In this document: piece by piece, positions 40,799-53,600 of the stretch
Numbering within the stretch: the first letter of the stretch is position 1
Layout: the number at the start of each line of letters is the position of its first letter
DNA from: Eledone cirrhosa
Lineage: Eukaryota
Reading direction: 5' to 3'
Assembly (NCBI GenBank): GCA_964016885.1
Contig: OZ024740.1
Location: 58,590,001-58,654,000, forward strand
DNA length: 64,000 nucleotides
Made by a program: the position numbers and the translations under genes
Notes under the pieces: generated by a model
The model's database searches: none
Seen by the model: the letters and a program-made list of their open reading frames with translations, nothing else
What the model was told of the DNA's origin: nothing

Positions 40799-43700
40799 CA
40801 TAACCCCATCGCCCCCCGCCCCCCACCGCCCCAACCCCCAAACGCAATCCAAAACTTCAGAGTTGGTACCATAAATGTAGGCACCCTAAAGGGTCGCGCT
40901 AGCGAGGTTGTAGAAATGCTTGAACGTAAGGAGGTCGATGTTTGTTGTATTCAAGAGACCAGGTGGAGGGGTGGGTCTGCTAGATTCATTGAGGGTAAAA
41001 AACGATGTTATAAGCTTTTCTGGGTGGGAAACGACGATGGGCTGAGTGGAGTAGGAATCATGGTAGCAGAAAAGTGGGCAGATAAGATAATAGACGTAAA
41101 TAGAGTGAACGACAGAATAATTAAAATACGACTTGTCCTCAATAGAACTACGGTGACAGTAATATCTGCGTACGCACCCCAATCCGGACTGCCCGGCACT
41201 ATAAAAGACAGATTCTATGAGACACTGATGCTAACTACCTCCCAAATATCCGACAGTGACTATATAATTATTGCAGGCGACCTAAATGGTCACGTTGGAC
41301 AACATTGTGACGGCTACGACGAAATCCATGGAGGCTATGGGTTTGGTACTAGAAATGAGGAAGGCTCCAGAATCCTGGAATTCTGTGATGCAAATAACCT
41401 AACTATCTGTAACACTAACTTCAAAAAACGTGACAATCACCTGATCACCTATAGATCCGGGGAACACACAAGCCAGGTAGATTATATCCTTACCAGAAGA
41501 CGTGACAGAGTGTCTGTTGTAAACACTAAATCCCTCCCCCATGAAGAATGCACCTCCCAACATAGACTGATAATTAGCGACCTCATAGTCAGGACGAGAC
41601 GTAATCGATAGCAGAAGAGGACTATCCTCAGGAGAAAAATATGGAAGCTAAAGGACCCCACAGCCAGGAATAAATTTCAAAGCATATTACTTGATGCTTT
41701 CGACAGTAAGGAAGAACATTTAGAGTCGGACAATATAGAGGGAGAGTGGGAATTTCTGAAAGCAAACCTGCTGTTGGCGACAGACGAATTCTGTGGCTGG
41801 AGCAGGCCTGTAGGCAGGAGGAGAGTAACATGGTGGTGGAACAGTAAGGTGGAGGGGTCAATTAAGGCCAAAAAGCAGGCTTGGAAAGTATGGCGGGATG
41901 GGGGAAGTAGAGAAGACTATCAAGTGGCCAGGAGGGAAGCTAGGAGACAAGTGTACTTAGCAAGAAGGGAAGCTGAGGAAAGAAAGTTCAAGCATGTTCT
42001 ACAACGCGATGACCAAAAACGTGAGGTGTTCAGGATTGCTAGGCAATGCGTCAAGGAAAACCGTGATATTGTCGGGGAGAAGTGTGTACTAAACGATGAT
42101 GCCACACTTGCCATCACCGACGCTGATAAGAAGGTAGCTTGGAAGTGTCACTACGAAAGGCTACTAAATGAGGAGAATAAATGGGAGAAAGACAGTCTCC
42201 CCCATATCGACCCGATAAAGGGACCAGCAGTGTTAGTCGAGGGGAGTATAATAAGTAAGGCAATCAAGGATATGAAGACGGGTAAGGCGGCTGGGCCTTC
42301 GGAAATAGTTGCTGAGATGCTGAAGGCATCTGGCATGGTGGGACACACCATGGTCACCCGCATAGTTAACCAAGTCGTACAGAATGGGGTTGTTCCGAAG
42401 GACTGGCATAGCAGCATCATCGTTAACTGTTATAAGGGTAAAGGAGACGCCCTAGATAGGAGTAACTATAGAGGCATTAAATTAATCGACCAGGTCATGA
42501 AGGTCACGGAAAAAGTAATAGCACAACTAATCAGAGAGAGAATTGACCTAGATGAAATGCAGTTCGGGTTTGTGTCAGGCAAAAGTACCACAGACGCTCT
42601 TTTCATTGTACGACAACTACAGGAGAAGTACCTAGCTAAAGGTAAACCCCTCTACTTATCTTTTGTCGACTTGGAGAAAGCCTTCGACAGAGTCCCCTGC
42701 TCCATTATCTGGTGGGCTCTTAGAAAACTAGGCGTTGACGAATGGCTTGTGAGAGCTATACAAGCCATGTATAAAGAAACAGTCAGCAAGGTTAGAATTA
42801 ACAACGAATATAGTGAAGAGTTTAGCGTAAAAGTTGGCGTCCATCAGGGCTCTGTTCTCAGCCCCCTACTATTTATTATTGCCCTTCAGGCTATAACAAA
42901 GGAGTTCAAGACCGGCTGCCCATGGGAACTCCTATACGCAGACGACCTGACACTCATAGCGGAATCAATGGCCGAGCTAGAGAAGAAATTCCAAACATGG
43001 AAGCACGGCCTAGAATCAAAAGGCCTTAAAATTAACCTGGCTAAGACTAAAGTTCTAGTTTGTAGGAAAGAAAATAAGGCGGCGGTCCCTTCTGGGAAAT
43101 GGTCGTGCTCGCTGTGTAGGAAAGGCGTAGGTAGAAACTCCATTTTATGTCCTAAATGCAAAGTATGGGTGCATAAAAGATGTAGTGGGATCACAGGTAA
43201 GCTAACTAAGAACATAGATTTTACATGTGGCCGGTGCTCTGGTGCAATAAGTAGCAGCAAGTGCCCAAAAAATACTAGCTCTTTCAATTGCGCAGAGGGT
43301 TCTATAGAAATAGTGGACAGTTTCTGTTACCTGGGTGATAAAATCAGCAGTGGGGGAGGGTGCTCTGAAAGTACAGTAGCTAGAGTCAGAACTGGTTGGA
43401 AAAAGTTCAGAGAGCTTATACCACTATTAGCTGCTAAAGGGTTCTCCCTAAAAATGAAAGGCAGGTTGTACGATGCCTGCATACGAACAGCAATGTTGCA
43501 TGGCAGTGAGACCTGGGCATTGTGTGCAGAGGATATACGCAGACTAGAGAGGAACGAAGCTTGCATGCTCCGCTGGATGTGTAACAGTAATATACGTGAA
43601 CGGCAAAGCATAAACGAACTAAGGAAAAAATTAGAAATAAGAGGGATCAGATGTTGTTTACTCGAGAGAAGGCTACGTTGGTATGGACACGTGATGCGCA

Positions 43701-43891
43701 TGAAAGTCGATAGCTGTATAACAAAGTGCAGGGCAATAAAGATAGACGGTAGCCACGGAATAGGCAGACCTAGAAAAACCTGGGACGAGCTGATAAACTC
43801 CGACCTCACACACTTACACCTCTCCAAGACAATGTCACTGGACCGAGACCTTTGGCGGTACTCAGTAACAGAGAAGACCCGCCTTACCTAA
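40799..43891 (+). pseudogene. RTE ORF2: AP endonuclease plus reverse transcriptase with embedded PHD-type zinc finger; one in-frame TAG at 41609-41611
   Basis: APE motifs RVGTINV, CCIQET, GDLNGH, VDYIL, SQHRL. RT motifs NYRGIKL, QFGF, DLEKAFD, GVHQGSVLSP, YADD, YLG. ORFs 40916..41611 and 41774..43891 share a frame and 41612-41773 has no stop. Confidence 0.93.
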
Positions 43892-44402
43892 ATACATAGT
43901 AAAACCTACTACAGCCAGTAGGCATCTCTAACAAAATACCCCCCGTCCCACCCCCACCACCCCCACCCCATCCACACCACCCCGTTCTATGTAAAGTTAT
44001 GTTGGTGCCACACCATCCAGGCCGAAACAAATGAGATCGTGTAGGTGTCACGACAAAAAAAACACACAGTCCACGCTGTAATGTGGCCGTGTAGGCAACA
44101 CGGTAAAAACCTCCCAGCCCCACACTGTAAATGTGGTTGGTGTTAGGAAGGGCATCCAGCTGTAGAAAACCTGCCAGACAGTCCTATGCGAGCAAGACAA
44201 TCACTCTTGCCTCAAGTGGGACTACCCCCGGCCAAACCCATGCAAGCGTGGAACACGGACGTTAAACGATGATGATGATGATGATTGTCCTATTTATATG
44301 ATAATTGAAACATGAAATTGTGATGTTCATGGCTTTCTCAGGTTATTGTGTGAAGTTTTACTTTATTCTTATCTATTTTTCCAAAAACTAGATAAAGACT
44401 TT

Positions 44403-45227
<825 letters not shown>

Positions 45228-45957
45228 GACTAGAGAGAAACGAAGCTTGCATGCTCCGCTGGATGTGTAACAGTAATATACGCGAACGGCAAAGCATAAA
45301 CGAACTAAGGAAAAAATTAGAAATAAGAGGGATCAGATGTTGTTTACTCGAGAGAAGGCTACGTTGGTATGGTCACGTGATGCGCATGAAGGACGATAGC
45401 TGTATAACAAAGTGCAGGGCAATAAAGATAGACGGTAGCCACGGAGTAGGCAGACCCAGAAAAACCTGGGACGAGCTGATAAATTCCGACCTCACACACT
45501 TACACCTCTCCAAGACAATGTCACTGGACCGAGACCTTTGGCGGTACTCAGTAACAGAGAAGACCCGCGTTACCTAAATACAAAGTAAAACCTACTACAG
45601 TCAGTAGGCATCTCTAACAAAATACACCCCCGTCCCACCACCCCTACCCCATCCACACCGCCCCTTTCAATGTAAAGTTATGTTGGTGCCACAACATCCA
45701 GGCCGAAACAAATGAGATCGTGTAGGTGTCACGACAAAAAACACACAGTCCACGCTGTAATGTGGCCGTGTAGGCAACACGGTAAAAACCTCCCAGCCCC
45801 ACACTGTAAATGTGGTTGGTGTTAGGAAGGGCATCCAGCTGTAGAAAACCTGCCAGACAGTCCTATGCGAGCAAGACAGCCACTCTTGCCTCAAGTGCAA
45901 ACTCATGCAAGCATGGAACACGGACGTTAAACGATGATGATGATGATGATGATGATG
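45228..45957 (+). mobile_element. RTE LINE 3' fragment, near-identical to 43542-44285
   Basis: ORF 45251..45577; same 3' UTR; (GAT)n at 45933-45957. Confidence 0.95.
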
Positions 45958-46230
45958 CCCATAGTATAGAGCTGTAGTGTCTACCTGGAGTGATTCTTTG
46001 ATCTCCAAACTATGAATCCTATCCAGTAACATTACTCCAAATACCTTTTGAAGGAACCCGCATTTCAGCCACTTGTATTCACAATCAGATTCTTTCAGTC
46101 ATTACCCATGATTCATGACCATAGGTAAGGGTTGGCACGGAATATCCAAATTGAAGATAGCAAGTTTGGCTTTTACACTACATCCCTTCTTCTTATGATT
46201 GAATGCTAAAGCTGGTACATTGCTGCATCA
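45958..46230 (-). mobile_element. Old RTE-like LINE, right piece
   Basis: Reverse-complement match to ~34320-34608 (e.g. CCATAGGTAAGGGTTG, GTTTGGCTTTTACACTAC). Confidence 0.75.
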
Positions 46231-48017
46231 ACTCCTGTAATATACATTTATAAACACTATATGTTAAAAAAAGACATTGAAAAATATGCTTTTACAGCAT
46301 CTTTATTATCCCCCAAATGAAATAAAAATAACCTATTTATGCAATGTTTCAGAGTATATTTAGGATGCATTATTCCTTTTTTCAATGTGCAGTTAGTTGA
46401 ATCAAGAGTATAATGTAGATGGAACTGAGAAATCAAGGATTTTAATATGTTCACTCTCATTGTGTTGTGTCAACTAAGACACTTAATCGCATTGACTTCA
46501 TCTCACCATTATAAGTTGTATAATTCACTGCTAAAAGGAATAGTTAGTTAAAATTTGTTCCAAGCCCAGAAGCTCATCAGACATGAGCTTATCTCCGTTT
46601 CCTTAGCAAGACATCCTTCTGAAAAGAATGCCAGCCTGTGCATAGTTTTAAACCCAGTTACTGTTTGTACTCATTTCTGTTCAGCTGATTGAACTGGAGC
46701 CATGTGAAATGAAATGTCTTGCTCAAAGACACAACATGCTGCTGAGTTTGGTATTGAATGCACAACCTCATGATCAAGAGTCAAACACCCTCACCACAAA
46801 GCCACATACCTTCACTAAAAACAATAGCTGCATCTGTAAAATTGATGAATAACATGTTGGCTTTAGTTTTGACTTCAATTCTTCTCATAGAAGTTTATTT
46901 ATCATATCATAATCATCATCATCATCATCATCATACACAAATATACTGCAATAAGATGCCAGTCTATTGGAAGAATTTTATTCAGTACTATCTCAACTAC
47001 ATAGTTTATTATCTAAATGATTTCTACTTTGGGCACAATGCCAGTAATTTAGAGAAAGGGCAAAATTGGCCTTGATGGGATTTGAACATAGAATGTAAAT
47101 GATCATATCTAAATGCTGCAAAAGGTTTTATTTGACACTCTAACAACTCTTCCAATACATTACCCTTATTATCGAATTAATGATTTCTAAGTTAGGCCCA
47201 GGACAAGCAATCTGTGGGGAGGGGAAAGCTGATTATACTGACCAGAATACTTGTATTTTATTTTATTAACCTTGGAAAGATGAAAAGTAAAGTTGAACTC
47301 AATGAGATTTTAACTCAGAATGTAACAAGGAATACTGAGCATTTGTCCAAAGTTCTGATGACTCTGCCAATTCACAACCTTTATGTTATCTTTTACAATT
47401 GAAGTTCCTAAATGAAATTGCAAATTCTATTTTGATGATTTCTTCCCTCACACACCTCACTTATGGAATTCTTTTCTGGCTTCTTACTTTCCTGATCACT
47501 GCAATTTAGAAAAATTCAAAAGCAACATCAATCATCAACATCTCTCTCCTTGAATTGTTCTCTCTGTCTTGTCCTTTTCCCTTCTCAGTAACCGTTTGCA
47601 TTTTAGTGGCTTTGTTGCTTTGCTTGAGATCAGTAAATTAATACCAGAGAAACCAGAAATATGCACCATTTCAGTAAACCAAAGAGATCTATCATATTTT
47701 TACTACAAAGTGCAACACTATTTTTTCAGCAATTATATGAAGATGAATGATAATAAAAATGAAAGTGTGAAAGTTTTCTTTAAAATTTCAACAGGTGCCA
47801 ACACCAAGTTTCTGAACATTAATGTTTCATAAGTGTCGTAATTACTATAGATCTGAGGCATATTAGAAATCTGACTGTGTGTTAAAGAGTTTGCTTTACA
47901 ACAACATTGCTCTGGGTTCAGTCCTGTTGCATCAGCTACTTGGGCAAGTGTCTTTTATTATAATCCCAGGTTGTCTAATGCCTTGGAGCATCAGAAACTG
48001 CTGAAGTTCATTGTATA

Positions 48018-48230
48018 TATCATCATCATTTTACGTCTGCTTTTCCCTGCTTGCAAGGGTGGGACGGGAACTGATTCTGGCTTGATTTCTACAGCTGGAT
48101 GCCCTTCCTAACACCAACCTCATTTACAGTGAGTGCTGGGTGCTTTTTTGCCGTGGTGCGTACACGTCCACTTTATAGTGTGGGCTGGGTGCTTTTTTGC
48201 TGTGGCACCCCCACAACCATTTTGCAGTGG
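48018..48230 (-). mobile_element. RTE 3'-UTR fragment
   Basis: (CAT)n, CTACAGCTGGATGCCCTTCCTAACACCAACC. Confidence 0.8.
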
Positions 48231-48672
48231 AATGATAGAGACCCCAGTCCCTATCATCTCATTTCTACAGCTGAGTAAACTGGAGCAATGTGAGATAAAG
48301 TGTCTTGCTCAAGGAAACAACACATCACCCGGTCTGAGAATTGAACTCACAACCTTTCGATTGCAAAGCCAATGATGTAACCACTAAGCCATGTGCCTCC
48401 ATATGTGTTTGTTTCCATGTTTATGGTTATCTCTGTGTTTATATTCCATAACTTAATGGCTTGTGATCAATAAAATAAGTACCCACCTTGAAAAAAATAT
48501 GTACTGAGTTGATATGATTGATTAAATGAGTGGTGCCCCAGCATGACTAAAATTAGTAAAAGAGTATGTACATATATATAGTTTGTTATGTTAAAATCCA
48601 CTTCTAACCACATGTAAAGAGCTTTATATCTTGTTTCTCTGGCATGGTTATTACTTGTTAGTAATTATATAT

Positions 48673-48876
48673 ACATGTGGCCGTGTAGGTAACACGGTAA
48701 AAACCTCCCAGTCCACACTGTAAACGTGGTTGGTGTTAGGAAGGGCATCCAGCCGTAGAAAACCCGCCAGACAGTCCTATACGAGCAAGACAACCAATCT
48801 TGCCTCAAGTGGGAAAATTCCCGTCCAAACTCATGCTAGCGTGGAAGATGGACGTTAAACGATGATGATGATGATC
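48673..48876 (+). mobile_element. Short 5'-truncated RTE 3' end (young subfamily)
   Basis: Matches 44081-44285; preceded by TATATATAC. Confidence 0.88.
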
Positions 48877-49550
48877 ATCATCATCTTTGCATACTATCAT
48901 CACCATTTTTATGTCCATTTTTCCTTGCTTAACTATATTATACATATATATATATATTATGCATAACAGTCTTCATGAGTCACTACATGTCCCCCACTCT
49001 GTAATGAGAAACCGAGTAGCTACATACACAGGCTCACCTATGAATAAATATTCTACTCTACTACAGTATTTAGTATTTTTTCACTGCTTTGAATTTAACC
49101 CTAGCATGATCTCCTAACTATTTATATATACTAGAAGCATATTTGGAATTGCCCAGGAAATGAAGGATTTGGTCCATGACCAGCTCTACTTAATAAGTAT
49201 CATGGTAATTCTATATAAATTATTTCAAACACAATAATAATAGCATTTGTAATTGAAATACACATTTCTTATTTACTTCAAATTTCAATTGCATTTCAAT
49301 AACACTCTATACATCGAAATAAAACTAAGACATTCAATCCATGACAATCCAGTAAATATACTTTTAATATATATTCAATATATGAAACATGGACATCAAT
49401 ATATATCTATAAAATATATAGTAGAGTGGTGCAAGAATAATCTGCCACCTAAACTCATTAAAATTTTTAGAATGTTTTTTTTCCAGAGTCTAAGCCTGCA
49501 CTGAATTAAGGGCTCATATACAGTATATAGAGTCAGTATATTGTTTGTTA

Positions 49551-49723
49551 TTAAAGGCAACTGTTAACTGCAAAGTTTCGTCAACAGTATTGGTTTATAA
49601 AAACGTTTTTGATAAACCAATACTGTTGATCAAAACTGTTTTGATAAACCAATACTGTTGATCAAAACTGTTTTGATAAACCAATAATGTCAGTGAAACT
49701 TTGAAGTAAACAGTCACCATTAA
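49551..49723. mobile_element. Palindromic TTAA-flanked MITE (Kolobok-like) with internal 32-bp tandem repeat
   Basis: ~50-bp imperfect inverted arms TTAA|AGGCAACTGTTAACTGCAAAGTTTC... / ...GAAACTTTGAAGTAAACAGTCACCA|TTAA. GATAAACCAATA recurs at 49611, 49643 and 49675. Confidence 0.65.
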
Positions 49724-49744
49724 TAATAAATATCATATATGAGG

Positions 49745-50482
49745 CAACTGCAGAAGTACCTAGCTAAAAGTAAAACCATATTCTTGGATTTGTGGACATG
49801 GAGCAAGCTTTTGAGAGTCTCCCATTCCATTATCTTGTCGGCTCTTAGAAAACTAGGAGTAAATGAGTGGCTTGTGAGCCATATATAGAGGAACAATCAA
49901 CAAGGTCAGAATTAACAATGACTATAGTGAAGAATTTAGCATGCAGGTAGGAGTACAGCAAGGCTCCGTTCTTAGCCCTCTCCTGTTTTTTATTGTCCTG
50001 CAGGCTATAACGGAAGAGTTTAAGATTGGCTGCCCATGGGAGCTTCTGTATGCTGTAATATAACCCTTATAACTGAATCTGTGGCAGAACTAGAGAAGAA
50101 ATTCCAAACCTGTAAAGTGGTTGTGATGGCAACACGACAAAAAGCGTCCAGCCCACACTGTAAAGTGGTCATGTGGGTGGCACGACAAAAAGCGCCCAGC
50201 ACACACTGTAAAGTGGTCATGTAGGTGACACGACAAAAAGCCCCCAGCACACACTGTAAAGTGGTTGTGTAGGTGACACGACAAAATATGCTCAGCCCAC
50301 ACTGTAAGGTCGTTGTGTAGGTGTCATGACAAAAAGCACCCAGCACACTCTGTAAATGTGGTTGGTGTTAGGAAGGGTATCCAGCTGTAGAAACCAAGCC
50401 AAAACCAGTCCTGTATGAGCAAGTCACGGTCATCATACCTGGCTTGTCTCACAAAGGGGCAACTTTTCTAACCCATGCTAGA
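49745..50482 (+). mobile_element. Internally deleted RTE: RT core fused to an expanded 48-bp 3'-UTR repeat
   Basis: GVQQGSVLSPLL, GCPWELLYA and ELEKKFQT, then CTGTAA(A/G) units at 50110, 50158, 50206, 50254, 50302, 50350. Confidence 0.85.
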
Positions 50483-50659
50483 ATTTATAAGTATAACATT
50501 GTTATCCAACTCATCTTGTCTCAGACAGTAACAGCCTATCCAACCACAGCCAGCATGGAATATTGGTCATAAAATGATATGATGATGATGATTATATATA
50601 TATACATATATATGTGTGTGCGTGTATATATATATCATCCATGCATGTCATAAGAGACA

Positions 50660-50960
50660 ACTGAAAAAGTTGGTGCCACAGAACATGCTTAAACTTTTCA
50701 TTTTCTGCTTCTCTTCTTGCCAGGTATACTTGCCATGTAGCCTTTCTTCTAGCCTCTTGGTAAAGGTACCTGCTTCCCCCATTTTGCCATTTTTTCCATG
50801 CCTGTATTTTGACCTTTATTGTCTCATTCCACACAAAGTGACTCTACTTCTCCCTGGCACAGATCTCATTTGTGGCTTTCAGCAGATTATCTCCCAGGAA
50901 CTCTTACTGCTCCTCTATACTGTACGTCTTTATTTCTTCTTCCTTACTATCAAACTCCAG
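50660..50960 (-). mobile_element. Old RTE internal fragment
   Basis: ORF 50592..50834 QAWKKWQNGGSR...QVYLARREAENEKFKHVL. Confidence 0.8.
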
Positions 50961-52199
50961 TATATTAATAGAGTAGCCTATATAGACAATAAAACATGGT
51001 TAGTAAAGACTAAAGACTCCTCGAAAATATAGTTAAATGGGGTGAACAATATTATGTAAATTATGCTGAAATTCAGAAAATATAACAAATAAAGAATCTT
51101 TATGAATTAGAAATAATTGTAGTTTTTATAATATTGACACATTTCATTTCAACTAATCTGAGATAATTTGAGATAATAAATGTTGAAGAACAATTGTAAA
51201 GCAGACCATGCCAGTCAATGTCAGCATAAAAAGATGATGACCATTATACCTATGTTTATGATGCAGCAGCAAATGTTTTATGACAGGAGGTAACCTTACA
51301 TGAAAGGCTCCCTGCTCATTGAGGGGTTCTTTTCTGGTGTCAACCTTTTTAATCAGCTTTCACGATATGCAGAGCTGCAGTGTGCCTATTCTTAACTGTA
51401 TATACATAGCACTGTGTTTATGATAATGATTGTAATAAACTGATAGTGATTTCTTTATTTTTGATATGGGCTTAGTTGAATTTGTATTGCATATTCTAAC
51501 ATAATTTTAATGAAGAATCAATCAGAACAGCAATTTGGCTTGAAGAATTTAAAAAAATGAAAATTTATGATTATTGATTGATTTACACTTAATTGGTATA
51601 GTGATCAATGTTTAAGCAAGGTTAAGATCTAGAATCAGATTAGTTTGAAAATCATGTGTTTCCACTGACAAAACAACATCAGCAATCTAATTCAATAACA
51701 ATTGCCTCAAGCACAAACCTGCAAATGTGATGAAAGCTTAATTGAAAGTTTAGTTTATTTTCTATAGCCTTGAAATTTGATTTTTAATTTATAGTTCGAT
51801 TATTTCCTGCTATAATCTAAATATAGTCAGAAAAATGTGTATACAGCTTGAACAAGAAAATACCTTAGCTGGAAAACTAATCTATTTAACAGATTTATAA
51901 ATACACTAGATATCATACCACAGCCTTACTAGGTATCTTTACCTTTCCCTTCTTTAACTCTTCAAAATATAACAACAGTTGGTTCCTAAATTTAGATGTA
52001 TTGAGAAAATTCTATCAAATTATAGATTTAGAATTTAAAGTTATATGTAATTATATATTTAGAATTTTGCTCTTTTTTCAGATTGACAAATTAATATAAC
52101 AACACCAACATTTCTAAAATGCAATTTAACTGACATTTTCTGTCTTATTTCTCATAACATCCCCTCTTACATGCTTTTATTTTCTATATTATATATCAT

Positions 52200-53600
52200 C
52201 ATCAAAGTGTTAATGCCCATAATTTAGACAGGTCTACTATATATGTCACCAATTATCTTAGTCTTACATCTGCCTTCCTGTTATCTAAACTCATAAATAC
52301 TTCCATCTTACTCAAATTTTCTCTTTCACAAGTACTCTTTCCTGACAGCACATAGCACTTTTCCTCTCAGTGCTCATTATCCATTCACATCCCCATATCA
52401 TGCCAGTATAGTCAGTTACCATTGCTTATTTTCACTACTTAGCTATTCTCTCAAAGTTTGTGTTCTGTTCTTCATGTAATATTAACAATACGCATCCATT
52501 TTCTCTAGCCTCCTCAAACTTCCCCCCATTCAATACTCATGCTTCACTATCATGTATCATTGCAATTATGCATGTTTCATACAATCTGTCTTTTGTTTAA
52601 AGAGAGAAACCTTTTGTTGGCATCAGAAGCAAAAGTTCTCTGAATTTCTTCTGCCCCTTCTTTAATCTTGTAACTATATATTTGCTTCATCTTTCCTTGG
52701 CTTTAATTATATTACATCAACATCATCATCATTTTTAGGCTTGCCTATCTCTGCATGGGTTAGATGAGACTTTTTTGTAGCAGTATTTTATGGCTTGACA
52801 AGATTACCTAGGTAAAAACTACTATCTGAGCTAGATGTCATGCTGGTTGTCTTTGATACTCATTAAGTTTATACCTGCTTCCTTTTCAACATATTGAGCA
52901 ATGTCATTTCCAAGGTGACATAGGAATTTCAGAATCTCTCTTATTAACTGGCACTTGATAGACCATCTTTCCAGATTTAAAATGTTTTATGTAACTCTTT
53001 GACAGATTTTGTTTTAAGTTCCTTGTCAAAAGTCCCCAAAGACAACTTCTTCTGAACATGTTTATTATAATAATAAGAACTATGAGGATATGTAGAGCTG
53101 AAGATAAAGTGTTTGAGGTCACTTCTACACTACATTTTCGACTGAAATCACTTCCAAATTTAATCTTACTTATAATTCATTTATACATGGCTTGCATGAC
53201 ACTGACAAGTCATTAAGCTAAGCTTAGTTTCTTTAGTACCAACCAGACTACAGAAAAAAGAACACTATTAAAACTCTCCCATGACAACAAATGAAATGTA
53301 GAAAGGTTTCTTCTTAGCCAAAGTTTTGCTTGTAGTTGTCTGAATAGATGTATGTCATCTGTGATTCTGTGATCTGGCATAAACCTAAACTATATTTTAT
53401 CCAAGCTAAGTATATTTTGTGTTAAGATTTGCTAAAACTATATATCAGTTAATTTCAAGACTTGGTCCATTAGTTTCAGATTTCTCTAATAATCCTCTTT
53501 TTAATGTTTCTAATTTGCATTCTAACAGCTGATTATAATACTGTTATGTTAATCATTAAGGGTAACACCTTCTTCTATCTGATATATTGACTAGCAGTTA
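52200..53600 (-). mobile_element. Heavily decayed RTE fragments
   Basis: Remnants of KKFRELLLLMPTKGFSL and of the RT region on the minus strand. Confidence 0.55.

Larger units (their letters stand above)
40100..44285 (+). mobile_element. Near full-length young RTE LINE (5' UTR, short upstream ORF, APE-RT ORF with PHD finger, 3' UTR, (GAT)n tail)
   Basis: CpG-retaining 5' region; frame open from 40799 to 43891 except one TAG; (GAT)n at 44268-44285. The 5' boundary is inferred from the break in the older element. Confidence 0.93.

Noticed and set aside
40110-40805. HDV-like ribozyme in the RTE 5' UTR (CAC-TCCTCATT-GTT, CGACCGC-GG, GCTAA; GCGGTCAA at ~40118)
   Set aside because: No P2 helix can be formed, P3 is mismatched and the P1 partner would be ~650 nt away. 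An RNArobo/Infernal search would be needed to revive the idea.
40837-40843. Slippery heptamer CCCAAAC for a -1 frameshift from the short ORF into ORF2
   Set aside because: Its codon phase matches ORF2 rather than the upstream ORF, so it is not positioned for a canonical -1 shift.
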